Shown piece by piece: positions 1 through 8,501 of a DNA stretch of 55,234 nucleotides (its first letter is position 1; each line of letters starts with the position of its first letter). The notes beneath the pieces were generated by a model. That model saw only the letters and a list, made by a program, of their open reading frames with translations. It was not told the origin of the DNA and searched no databases. The DNA is from Nitrospirota bacterium (GTDB lineage: Bacteria; Nitrospirota; Thermodesulfovibrionia; Thermodesulfovibrionales; Dissulfurispiraceae), in assembly GCA_040754455.1 (NCBI GenBank), contig JBFMCP010000021.1:1-55234 (forward strand), read 5' to 3'. A program made the position numbers and the translations under genes.

Positions 1-127
1 TGGTACACTGATTCTGATTTCCAAGGGTGCTCCTCCTCAATAAAAGTGTTATTGGCGTAACTATTTTATTGGAGGTGTGCCCTTTTTTGCTCCCCTCAGC
101 AATTTACACAAGAAACTTTACACTACC
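1..127 (-). mobile_element. Left end of an IS256-family insertion sequence (terminal inverted repeat 101-127; transposase starts at TTG 24 and runs off the window)
   Basis: Reverse complement of 101-127 is GGTAGTGTAAAGTTTCTTGTGTAAATT, resembling IS256-family termini. On the minus strand GGAGGAG precedes TTG at 24, giving MEIRISVP. Only 8 codons are visible, so the family call is recognition by eye. Confidence 0.6.
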
Positions 128-515
128 GGTGATGTTGCCGCTTCTCAAGTTTGCGGCACGGAAAGGAACTGAAATATCAACCAGCGAGGCTGTTGAAGCT
201 CTGGCAACGGAATTGGGCCTTACAGAGGACGATCTAGAGGAGATGCTGCCGAGCGGCATACAGTCAACTCAACTTTCGTTAGTGCAATTTGCGGGCGCCC
301 CGCAGGCTCAAAGAGCAAACAAGGGCATTTTTATTACTACCTCCAGATTTACTGATGATGCTCGCAGTTACGTTTCGCAGATCGACAGTAAAATCGTTTT
401 CATTGACGGCGAACAACTTACCAGCTTACTGATTGAACATGATGTTGGCGTATCCACGGTTTCGCTATATCCGGTAAAAAAGGTTAATAGCGATTATTTT
501 GAAGAGAACATCTAA
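128..515 (+). pseudogene. mrr: Mrr-family type IV restriction endonuclease remnant (5' end cut by the IS, central region deleted)
   Basis: Mrr_N-like MLPLLKFAA...ALATELGLTEDDLEEMLPSG is joined directly to the Mrr C-terminus FAGA.Q.QRANKGIFITTS.FT..A...IDGEQL..L.IEHDVGV...KK.NSDYF. The catalytic D...QAK segment is absent. Confidence 0.8.
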
Positions 516-584
516 CAACCGCATCAACTCGGACTGGCAATTCCACTGCGCTCCGTTGCCGACCGGTTATGAGGAGCGTTATGC
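510..584 (+). repeat. Integron attC recombination site
   Basis: R'' ATCTAAC (510-516, overlapping the mrr stop) and R' GTTATGC (578-584). Inner arms cgcat(c)aac(t)cgg / ccggttatgag pair with extrahelical bases, around a ggcaa/ttgcc central stem. Confidence 0.8.
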
Positions 585-656
585 CTCAAAATAGATAAAA
601 GAAATAATCGAGCACAATTCACTATTGCCTAATCATTTTGTGATATTTTAAGAAAT

Positions 657-673
657 TGGCTATAATATAGCCA
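657..673 (+). promoter_or_regulatory. TA promoter -10 box (TATAAT 661-666) inside the palindromic operator TGGCTATA-a-TATAGCCA
   Basis: Perfect 8-bp inverted repeat overlapping TATAAT immediately upstream of the toxin ATG, as expected for TA autorepression. Confidence 0.6.
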
Positions 674-675
674 TA

Positions 676-969
676 ATGAAGCATGAAATCATCTTAGCAC
701 CTGAAGCCGTTCAAGACTTGAAATTGCTTGATGCTAACCAAAGGGCAAAAATAAAGGATTTAATTGAGGTTCATTTAAGACATGAGCCGACCAAGACAAG
801 CAAGAGCAGAATAAAAAGACTAAGAGGCTTAAGACATCCTCAATACAGGCTAAGGATAGATGACTTTCGTATATTTTATGATATAGAAGAAAACAGAGTA
901 GAAATACTCTCGATAATCTTAAAATCAAAAGCCGCTGAATGGCTTAAAAAAGTAGGAGAAAGCGTATGA
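676..969 (+). CDS. RelE/ParE-family type II toxin
   Basis: 97 aa, basic. IKRLRGL...YRLRIDDFRIFYDI motif; overlaps the downstream antitoxin by ATGA. Confidence 0.85.
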   Translation: MKHEIILAPEAVQDLKLLDANQRAKIKDLIEVHLRHEPTKTSKSRIKRLRGLRHPQYRLRIDDFRIFYDIEENRVEILSIILKSKAAEWLKKVGESV

Positions 970-1205
970 AAAAGGCAGCTTTGTCAGAAGTTAAAGATGA
1001 CCTTTCCAGATTTTTGCGGTTAGCGGAAAAAGAGGAGATTGTAATAACGCGGCATGGAAAACCCGCTGGCGTTTTAATCGGGTTTAAGGACGAAGAAGAT
1101 TGGTTTGATTATCGATTGGAAAATGATCCACGATTCTTAAAAAGAATCGAACAAGCCCGTAAGAGTCTTAGATCTGGCGCCGGAATAAAAATTGAAAATG
1201 TTTAG
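966..1205 (+). CDS. Phd/YefM-family antitoxin
   Basis: LSEVKDDLSRFLRLAEKEEIVITRHGKPAGVL is the Phd N-terminal signature. Confidence 0.85.
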   Translation: MKKAALSEVKDDLSRFLRLAEKEEIVITRHGKPAGVLIGFKDEEDWFDYRLENDPRFLKRIEQARKSLRSGAGIKIENV

Positions 1206-1206
1206 A

Positions 1207-1264
1207 GCCTAACAAATTACTCGTGCGGACGGCTAATAGCCACTGCACAGCTTTGTCGTGGGGC
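1207..1264 (+). repeat. Degenerate integron attC site
   Basis: R'' GCCTAAC (1207-1213). Arms ct(c)gtgcgg(a)cggcta / tagccactgcacag. R' reads GTGGGGC instead of GTTRRRY. Confidence 0.6.
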
Positions 1265-1318
1265 ACACTTACTATGTTGTCCCCTGGCTGTGCTGAATAG
1301 GCACATCTCTTTTTAATT

Positions 1319-2116
1319 TTAATACAGTAGCACAGGCTCTCTCTCAAGATAGGTGATGAGCGCGTTAATTCCTGTCTTCCTTGTTACGAAAAACACCCTC
1401 CCACCGCGCATGTCTCCTCGCTTCTTAATATTCGGAATTCTCATATACCCTAGTGACCGTGATGCAACATACCCGGTCGTGTAATCGGGATCATCCGAAA
1501 TACAGACTTCTGCGATGATCGCAGGGTGTGACGCTACCTTCGAAGCGAGGAGCAATGCCTCGCGTACGGTACTGGTATCGATTCCGTCTCTGGAGAGCCG
1601 CCGGGATAATTTTCGCAGGGTGGATTTTTCAATGCCAAACCGTGATACCCTTATACCGCGTGCTCTGTCGGGCTCAAGACGGGTACCTGATGTTGCGTGT
1701 ACCAGTGCCGCCCCCCGCATGGTTCTCTTTGCCGACAGTACTCTGAATCCTGCAATAAGAGCCTTTTGTGAGATGCCGAGATCGGTGAGTGAACGCATGA
1801 TGATCCCCCGTGCCTGATCGGGAGCAGGGCATTGCACCGTATGTACCGGAAGCAGCGGAATATGTCGAGGCCTTTGTTCCAGCTCTTCGATGGTAATGAC
1901 GATCTTGTCGGGCGTACCACGAGAGTGGATGAGGGCCCTTTTAATATAGCTCTCGGTTATCTTCGTTATGTCCGATGCTTCGTAGATGCCTTCTGCCCCC
2001 GAAATATGAAGCCCTGTCGTTGCAGTTTTCCGGCTTCTGACGTCTGACTCCTGACTCCTGACTCGTGGCTTCTGCCTTCTGTACTTTTTCGATGCCCTCA
2101 TACGAATGTTCCACAT
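1319..2116 (-). CDS. bioW: 6-carboxyhexanoate--CoA ligase (pimeloyl-CoA synthetase)
   Basis: IRMRAS...HISGAE, MRGAAL, RLEPD..RGIRVS, EAL.LASKV, EVCISDDPDYTTGYVA, GGRVFFV. Start placed at MWNIRMRAS (2116). Confidence 0.9.
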   Translation of the reverse strand: MWNIRMRASKKYRRQKPRVRSQESDVRSRKTATTGLHISGAEGIYEASDITKITESYIKRALIHSRGTPDKIVITIEELEQRPRHIPLLPVHTVQCPAPDQARGIIMRSLTDLGISQKALIAGFRVLSAKRTMRGAALVHATSGTRLEPDRARGIRVSRFGIEKSTLRKLSRRLSRDGIDTSTVREALLLASKVASHPAIIAEVCISDDPDYTTGYVASRSLGYMRIPNIKKRGDMRGGRVFFVTRKTGINALITYLEREPVLLY

Positions 2117-2135
2117 GGAGGAATTATACAAAAAA

Positions 2136-2214
2136 CAGCGGTCAGCTATCAGCAAGCAGCCGTCGGCTGCTGATATTTTTGTTGCCGACTGCTGAAAGCT
2201 GATGGCTGACAGCT
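2136..2214. repeat. Inverted heptamer-repeat element between divergent bioW and nadE
   Basis: (gc/gt)cagc-type 7-mers (gtcagctatcagcaagcagccgtcggc) mirrored by gccgactgctgaaagctgatggctgac. Confidence 0.65.
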
Positions 2215-2249
2215 TTACAAAGAATCCTCTGTGTGGGTAAAATGTTCTA

Positions 2250-4010
2250 ATGAAATCAATACGAATTGCCTTGTGTCAGATAAACCCCACGGTGGGCGAT
2301 CTGGCGGGGAATGCAGCAAAGATCATACGGTATATCGAGGAATCGACCAGGTATTGCCCTGATATCATTGTCTTTCCTGAACTTGCCCTCACCGGCTATC
2401 CACCTGAAGACCTTCTGCTCAAACCGCAGTTCATCGAGGATAATCTCGATGCCTTGAAAGAAATCCAGGAGCAGGTTGGTGATGCCGTGGTGATTGTCGG
2501 GTTTGTCGACAAAAGGGATGATATCCACAATGCCGCTGCACTTCTGCATAAAAAGAAAATCGTTGATGTGTACCACAAGATGCACCTGCCCAACTACGGT
2601 GTTTTTGACGAATACCGCTATTTCCAGTCAGGGACGCGCGCTCCCGTTTATCAGACGGGAAATGTTACGTTCGGCTTCAATATCTGCGAGGATATCTGGT
2701 ATCCCGAGGGGCCGGTTGCTGTCCAGGCGCTGACCGGGGCGGAAGTGGTTATCAATATCAACGCCTCTCCCTATAACATCGGAAAGCCGGCATTCAGGGA
2801 GCGGATGATCGCAACCAGGGCTTCTGATAACAGCGTCATCGTCGCCTATCTGAATACGGTGGGAGGACAGGACGAATTGGTGTTCGACGGGCAGAGCTTT
2901 GTTGCAGACCAGAACGGAACTATTCTCGCCAAAGGCAAGGCCTTTGAGGAGGACCTGATCGTTGTGGATCTCGATCTTGAAGCGGTATTCATGAGACGGC
3001 TTCATGACCCCCGCAGACGGCAGCAGGTGAGGGCGCTGCCGCAATCGATGATCGAAAGGATAACGATAGAGCGGGATATGAAAGCGCCTGATGTAAAGAG
3101 GCCGGAGTGTCCCGCCCGTTTCAGGATTCCTCTTCCTTCACCATCTTCTTACGAGGTTGAGGAAGAAGTCTATCATGCCCTCGTGCTCGGCACAAGGGAC
3201 TATGTCCATAAGAACGGGTTCGGAAAGGTCTGTATCGGCCTGAGCGGCGGCATCGATTCCTCCATCGTCGCAACTATTGCGGTTGATGCCATTGGCAAGG
3301 AAAATGTCACCGGGGTCTTCATGCCTTCACCCTATACATCCCAGGCGAGCAGGGAGGATGTGCAGGAGCTCGCACAGCACCTCGGCATCAGGGTGATCGA
3401 GGTTCCTATTACGCCCGCCTTTGATGCCTATCTGGAGATGCTGAAGCCGGAATTCAAGGATCTGAAGCCCAACGAGACGGAGGAAAATATCCAGGCACGC
3501 ATCAGGGGAAACATTCTGATGGCCTTTTCGAATAAATTCGGCTGGCTTGTCCTGACTACGGGAAACAAATCGGAGATGAGTGTGGGGTATGCGACACTCT
3601 ACGGGGACATGGCGGGCGGGTTTGCCGTCATCAAGGATGTACCGAAAGTCCTGGTATACCGCATCTCCCGGTGGAAGAATCAAAAAGAGGGAAGGAATAT
3701 AATTCCCGAGAGGGTCCTCATAAAAGAGCCGACCGCCGAGTTGAGGCCTGGCCAGAAGGACACTGATACGCTGCCGCCCTATGATGTGCTCGATCCGATT
3801 CTCAAAGCCTACATCGAGGAAGACAAGAGCTTCGGTGAGATCGTCGAGCTCAACCCCGACTTCAGTGACGAGCGCATCAAGAGGGTGATCAGAATGGTCG
3901 ACACCAGCGAGTACAAGCGGAGGCAATCACCGCCCGGCATAAAGATCACCCCCCGCGCCTTCGGCAGGGACAGGAGATTTCCTATAACCAATAAGTATAA
4001 GAGCTACTGA
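2250..4010 (+). CDS. nadE: Glutamine-dependent NAD+ synthetase
   Basis: Nitrilase-like N-terminal domain (FPEL, YHK, NICEDIW) plus synthetase domain (GLSGGIDS, ENIQARIRG, TGNKSE, SEYKRRQ). Confidence 0.95.
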   Translation: MKSIRIALCQINPTVGDLAGNAAKIIRYIEESTRYCPDIIVFPELALTGYPPEDLLLKPQFIEDNLDALKEIQEQVGDAVVIVGFVDKRDDIHNAAALLHKKKIVDVYHKMHLPNYGVFDEYRYFQSGTRAPVYQTGNVTFGFNICEDIWYPEGPVAVQALTGAEVVININASPYNIGKPAFRERMIATRASDNSVIVAYLNTVGGQDELVFDGQSFVADQNGTILAKGKAFEEDLIVVDLDLEAVFMRRLHDPRRRQQVRALPQSMIERITIERDMKAPDVKRPECPARFRIPLPSPSSYEVEEEVYHALVLGTRDYVHKNGFGKVCIGLSGGIDSSIVATIAVDAIGKENVTGVFMPSPYTSQASREDVQELAQHLGIRVIEVPITPAFDAYLEMLKPEFKDLKPNETEENIQARIRGNILMAFSNKFGWLVLTTGNKSEMSVGYATLYGDMAGGFAVIKDVPKVLVYRISRWKNQKEGRNIIPERVLIKEPTAELRPGQKDTDTLPPYDVLDPILKAYIEEDKSFGEIVELNPDFSDERIKRVIRMVDTSEYKRRQSPPGIKITPRAFGRDRRFPITNKYKSY

Positions 4011-4070
4011 CAACGTTTAAAAGCAAGAAGTAAGAGGTATAGGAAGTAGAAAGCGCGAGACAGAAGACAA

Positions 4071-4400
4071 ATGATACAAAACAGAACACAGAGCACAGAG
4101 AGAAGAAATCCGGCCAGAAGAGCAAAAGTATTGCTCTCTTTTGCTCTGATCCTGTCGTTTATGTTCACTGTTTCGATTCCTGCCGGCGCTGTTGAAACGA
4201 AGGCCCCTGCATTGCAGTTCAGCAAGAACCCGCAGATACAGCAGATAAAGCCGAAAAAGCCGGTGCGGATAAAGCTGCATCGCACCGCCAAAGGCGAGTA
4301 TCAATGGGACATTACCGGTGATAATGCGGACGATATTGTCAGGGCCGATGAACGTCTGAGGAAATTGCTGATTAAGCCGGAAGTGAGGAGTGAAAAGTAA
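4071..4400 (+). CDS. Hypothetical exported protein
   Basis: Hydrophobic signal-like segment followed by a small basic domain (IKLHRTAKGEYQWDITG). Start uncertain. Confidence 0.55.
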   Translation: MIQNRTQSTERRNPARRAKVLLSFALILSFMFTVSIPAGAVETKAPALQFSKNPQIQQIKPKKPVRIKLHRTAKGEYQWDITGDNADDIVRADERLRKLLIKPEVRSEK

Positions 4401-4470
4401 GAAGAGTACTACTATAAGGAATCTTTTTAAATTTCTGATTTCTTACTTCTCAGTGCTTACTTCCTACTTA
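4379..4470. repeat. Inverted heptamer-repeat element
   Basis: gaagtga/ggagtga/aaagtaa units mirrored by ttctgat/ttcttac/ttctcag/tgcttac/ttcctac. Confidence 0.55.
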
Positions 4471-4492
4471 TATTTTGATGAACGGAGGAATC

Positions 4493-4966
4493 ATGGAGAA
4501 ATTCACCATCAGAGAAGTCATCGAACAGGCGGTTCAGACGGAGCGACTCGGCTATCAGTTTTACACCACTATGACAGAGCGGTTCAGGAAGGATGAGAAA
4601 CTCGCAAAACTTTTCACCACCCTGGCGGAGAAGGAACTGCGGCATGAGAAGACCTACAATGAGCTGAAGGATGTGGTCGGCGATAACGAACCCGAGGGGT
4701 GGGAAGAGGTATCCCAGTACCTGCGCGCTATTGTGGAATCCGAGTTCTTCCTCGGGAAAAACAAATCACTCCCCTCCATGGAGCATATAAAGTCGGTCAG
4801 CGACGCCGTGGATTTCGCTCTGGGATTCGAGAAGGAGACGCTCCTCTATTTCTATGGTGTAAGGGACGCGGTAAGAGAGAAAGAGATCGTCGAGGAAGTT
4901 ATCAATGAAGAAAAGAGCCATATCATGTGGCTCAATGCCTTCAAGGGTACTATCACAAAGAAATAA
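4493..4966 (+). CDS. Ferritin-like / rubrerythrin-family di-iron protein
   Basis: A...E..G..FY, EKELRH, AL.FEKETLLYF, EEKSH. GGAGG upstream of ATG 4493. Confidence 0.85.
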   Translation: MEKFTIREVIEQAVQTERLGYQFYTTMTERFRKDEKLAKLFTTLAEKELRHEKTYNELKDVVGDNEPEGWEEVSQYLRAIVESEFFLGKNKSLPSMEHIKSVSDAVDFALGFEKETLLYFYGVRDAVREKEIVEEVINEEKSHIMWLNAFKGTITKK

Positions 4967-5038
4967 TTCTGGCAGGACTTGCGCACGTCCTGTTTGGAAC
5001 ATTTGTTGCAATTATATTGATTCAAATGAATAGTACCT

Positions 5039-5860
5039 ATGACAAGAGGAACGCTCTACATTGTTGCAACCCCCATAGGGAATCTCGAGGACATTACCCT
5101 GAGGGCGCTCAGGATACTCAAAGAGGTCGATGTGGTCGCGGCAGAGGATACGAGGCATTCTCTCAAGCTGCTCAGCCATTATGGAATATCCAAGCCGATG
5201 ATCAGCTACTGGTCCGAGAGGGAGAAGATCAAGGCAACGCATATCCTCGACAAGCTCCGGTCCGGTTTCTCGGTAGCGCTCATCTCGGATGCAGGGACGC
5301 CGGGCATTTCCGATCCCGGGGCGGTAGTGATCAGAGGCGCGATTGAGGAAGGCATACCGGTGGTGCCGATTCCCGGCCCTTCCGCAGCAATCGCGGCGCT
5401 CTCGGTCTCAGGGCTTCCTACCGAAGAGTTTACCTTTATCGGTTTCCTCCCGCCGAAAGCCGGGCAACGGCGGAAAAAGTTGGCTGCATTGAAACATGAG
5501 CAGCGGACGCTCATTTGTTATGAGGCACCCCACAGGATACTCGAGACGCTCGGCGATATGCAGGCGATATTCGGCAGCCGTCAGGCGGTGCTTGCGAAAG
5601 AGATTACCAAACTGCATGAAGAGATGCTCCGTGGTTCGCTTTCAGAAATCCTGGATATGCTCGTGAGCCGGACGATTGCGGGAGAGTATGTCCTGATCGT
5701 CGAAGGCGTCGGGAAGGAAGACATATCAATAGATGAGGCGCTCGAGGAAGTCAGAGTACTGATGAAAAAAGGAAAGGGACGCAAAGATGCAGTTAAAATA
5801 GTGGCCGAAGAATACGGGTTCAGCAGGAAAGAGCTTTATGATAAAAGTCTTGGAGGATGA
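5039..5860 (+). CDS. rsmI: 16S rRNA C1402 2'-O-methyltransferase
   Basis: LYIVATPIGNLEDIT.RA, AAEDTR, SDAGTPGISDPG, YEAPHR, KEITKLHEE. Confidence 0.95.
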   Translation: MTRGTLYIVATPIGNLEDITLRALRILKEVDVVAAEDTRHSLKLLSHYGISKPMISYWSEREKIKATHILDKLRSGFSVALISDAGTPGISDPGAVVIRGAIEEGIPVVPIPGPSAAIAALSVSGLPTEEFTFIGFLPPKAGQRRKKLAALKHEQRTLICYEAPHRILETLGDMQAIFGSRQAVLAKEITKLHEEMLRGSLSEILDMLVSRTIAGEYVLIVEGVGKEDISIDEALEEVRVLMKKGKGRKDAVKIVAEEYGFSRKELYDKSLGG

Positions 5861-5866
5861 GAATAC

Positions 5867-6949
5867 ATGATACACCTGATAGAGTCGCTGAATATCACCT
5901 CGTCACCTTACATCAACGCAGCGCTTTCGATTCCGGTATTCATACTGCTGGCGAAGGCTGTGGACCTTTTTGTCGACAAGGTGGCCAGGAGGTTTTCGAA
6001 GTTTACCACCACAGAGATTGACGACAGGATCATCGATACCATCCACCGGCCGATTTTTTTCACGGTCATCCTGATCGGTATTGTCATGGCGGTTACCTAT
6101 CTCAGCCTTCTGCAGAGGACCACTTTTTATATCCACGGTGCTCTTTACACCTGCATGGCGCTGCTCTGGACTGCCACTGCAATAAAAATAAGCAACATCA
6201 TCATTGAACATTCCGTGCAGAAAGTTTCAGATGTGACCGGACTGAGCAAGGACATTGTTCCGCTTATCGAAAATATGTCGAAAATAGCGATCGTGCTCGC
6301 CAGCCTTATGGTGATCCTCTCAATCTGGAAGGTCAATATCACACCGATCCTCGCATCAGCCGGTATCGCGGGCGCCGGTATTGCGCTTGCGGCAAAGGAC
6401 ACCATCGCCAACTTCTTCGGCGGCATCAGCGTGTTTGTCGACAAACCCTTCAAGATCGGCGACTTCATTGTCCTCGATCGGGGAGAACGGGGCGAGGTGG
6501 TCAACATCGGCATACGGAGCACAAGGATAAAAACACTTGACGATATCATGATCACCATTCCCAATTCGGTGATCATCAATTCGAAGATCGTGAATGAGAG
6601 TGCACCGACTCCGTACCTGCGCCTCAGAATCCCGGTTGGGGTGGCGTACGGGACGGACATCGATCAGGCAGAAAAGATATTGGTCGAGCTGGCGCTGCAG
6701 AATGATAACGTGATTAAGGATCCTGCACCGAGGGCGGTGCTCACCACCTTCGGGGAATATGCTCTCAATTTCGAGCTTTTGTGCTGGATAAAGGAGCCTT
6801 CCGCGCGGCTGAGGACCGTTGATGAGCTGAACAAGGCGATCTACAAGAAGTTCAACGAGTGCGGCATTAAAATCCCCTACCCCCAGAGGGAGGTGCGTGT
6901 CTACCAGCAGCCGGTCCCTGCTCCGGCCCCGATCAATCAGAAGGCATAG
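5867..6949 (+). CDS. Small-conductance mechanosensitive channel (MscS family)
   Basis: Several TM helices, then AGIAGAGIALAAKDTIANFFGG, PFKIGDFI, GIRST, IPNS, GIKIPYPQ. Confidence 0.9.
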   Translation: MIHLIESLNITSSPYINAALSIPVFILLAKAVDLFVDKVARRFSKFTTTEIDDRIIDTIHRPIFFTVILIGIVMAVTYLSLLQRTTFYIHGALYTCMALLWTATAIKISNIIIEHSVQKVSDVTGLSKDIVPLIENMSKIAIVLASLMVILSIWKVNITPILASAGIAGAGIALAAKDTIANFFGGISVFVDKPFKIGDFIVLDRGERGEVVNIGIRSTRIKTLDDIMITIPNSVIINSKIVNESAPTPYLRLRIPVGVAYGTDIDQAEKILVELALQNDNVIKDPAPRAVLTTFGEYALNFELLCWIKEPSARLRTVDELNKAIYKKFNECGIKIPYPQREVRVYQQPVPAPAPINQKA

Positions 6950-8220
6950 GTGAGGCTGGCGGCGACCATATGGAGGTGGGTATTATATTTCCCGCCGGCA
7001 GAGGTTCCGGTAAGTGGATCACCTATGACATTGTCCTTCTTTCTTTCAAGAAACTTTTGAAAAGCATAGGCAAGGTCGAGCTTCCAGCTCTTGTGCTTGA
7101 GCGATGCTCCTAAACTGAAGAGATGTATATCGGCATCGGGAATTGATGGCTCAAAAGTCTCATCGGGTATTGGATTTCCACTATACAGGTAGCCAGCGGA
7201 AAGAGCGACGGTATCGTTAAGCTGATACTTTGCTCCGATATTAAATGCATAAGTATCTTTCCAGTCTCTTGGGGTTATTGATGTGTTTTGAAAGATGACT
7301 GCCTGATCGAGATTTATTTTTAAACGCTTGAATGCCGACCAGCCCTCCCACCGCATGCCAACTTCCAAGGTGAGCGGATCGAGGCCCTTATAGCAAATTC
7401 CAGCATGGAATTGTTCCGGAAGCGTTAGACTGGTATCTCCCTTGGTATCGGGTAACAATCCAGCGATTGAGGGATCTGTCCCGTCATGCGTTGCTTTACC
7501 ATCAATAGCAACCCTTATTTTGCTTCGATAGGAAGCGCCAAAAGAGATATCTTCCGTCAGGTCGACCAGCATGCCAAGATTATATCCAAAGCCATCTCCG
7601 TCACCTTTGAACTTCTCTTTTGCGTCAGGGAGAAGTGTGAGTGGGCCGACGAACGTTGAGAGTACCGTCTGACTTATATTCTTTTCCAATGTTGCATCAA
7701 GAATAAGGTATTCTACTCCCGCCGCAACGGTAACCTGAGGGGTTACCCTATAAGAGATTACAGGATTGAAATTAAACGTCCTGAGCTCTGAATTGGTGGC
7801 GATGTATCTGCCCTCCCAGGTATCTCCCCAGTCTGTCGCCAGGCCGAAGGGGCTAAAAACGCCGAATCCTGCGCTGAGCTTGTCATTAAGCTTGTGGGTA
7901 ATAAAAAGTGTTGATGGATAAAAGATATCACTCTCGGCCTTAAAGGTCTGACCGGAAGTGCTCTCAAATTCGCGTGTGGGAATGAGCAGGGTCGTGCCCA
8001 GCTGTATCTGCGTGCCGTTGAGCTTGTTGATCAGCGCGGGATTATAAAAGACGGCGGAGGGATCATCGTTATGCGCAATCGTCGCCGCTGCCTGGCCTAA
8101 GGGTGAAGCACCTTGTGTATATATGGCGAAACCGGAACCGTACGCCCGTGTGTTTATGGAAAAAATACAGATAAGTGACATTAAAATACCCAGTTGTTTA
8201 AGTTGCCTTTGCTTTTCCAT
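6937..8220 (-). CDS. FadL/OmpP1/TodX-family outer-membrane hydrophobic-compound channel
   Basis: Signal peptide, GFAIYTQGAS.LGQA, DPSAVFYNPA (NPA motif), PFGL, beta-barrel pattern, C-terminal Phe. GGAG precedes ATG 8220. Confidence 0.9.
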   Translation of the reverse strand: MEKQRQLKQLGILMSLICIFSINTRAYGSGFAIYTQGASPLGQAAATIAHNDDPSAVFYNPALINKLNGTQIQLGTTLLIPTREFESTSGQTFKAESDIFYPSTLFITHKLNDKLSAGFGVFSPFGLATDWGDTWEGRYIATNSELRTFNFNPVISYRVTPQVTVAAGVEYLILDATLEKNISQTVLSTFVGPLTLLPDAKEKFKGDGDGFGYNLGMLVDLTEDISFGASYRSKIRVAIDGKATHDGTDPSIAGLLPDTKGDTSLTLPEQFHAGICYKGLDPLTLEVGMRWEGWSAFKRLKINLDQAVIFQNTSITPRDWKDTYAFNIGAKYQLNDTVALSAGYLYSGNPIPDETFEPSIPDADIHLFSLGASLKHKSWKLDLAYAFQKFLERKKDNVIGDPLTGTSAGGKYNTHLHMVAASLTYAF

Positions 8221-8501
8221 AATCGTCTCTCCGGTAAAATATTTATCTTCTTGAAATGCCAAATATATACTGTTATCGAAGATAATCTTTAGAAGTTGAG
8301 CATTGTGTACTATAGCCTACGCTTTGTAGGCAGAGATTCCTATGGATGCCCCGTCAGGAGCTCCAGCAAAACTGTTCTGTTTTCACTGAAAACAATGACT
8401 TACTATGCATTCAGATTCTTGCTGACTGTTAATGAGGTCTTTATACACGGGTCGCTTCAACCAATTGAACTTTTTCAATATAATGATTTAAATTAAACGG
8501 G

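Noticed and set aside
27..515. ORF-track 162-aa protein as an intact gene
   Set aside because: The first ~34 codons are IS-end sequence read through by chance; the rest is a deleted mrr.
1..1300. Complete integron
   Set aside because: No integrase or attI is visible in the window; only attC sites can be supported.
2030..2214. CRISPR array or terminator interpretation of the short repeats
   Set aside because: There are no constant 25-40-bp repeats with unique spacers and no cas genes; these are degenerate 7-mers.
4390..4596. 68-aa ORF between the exported protein and the ferritin-like gene
   Set aside because: It is translated heptamer-repeat sequence overlapping the real ferritin-like gene in another frame.
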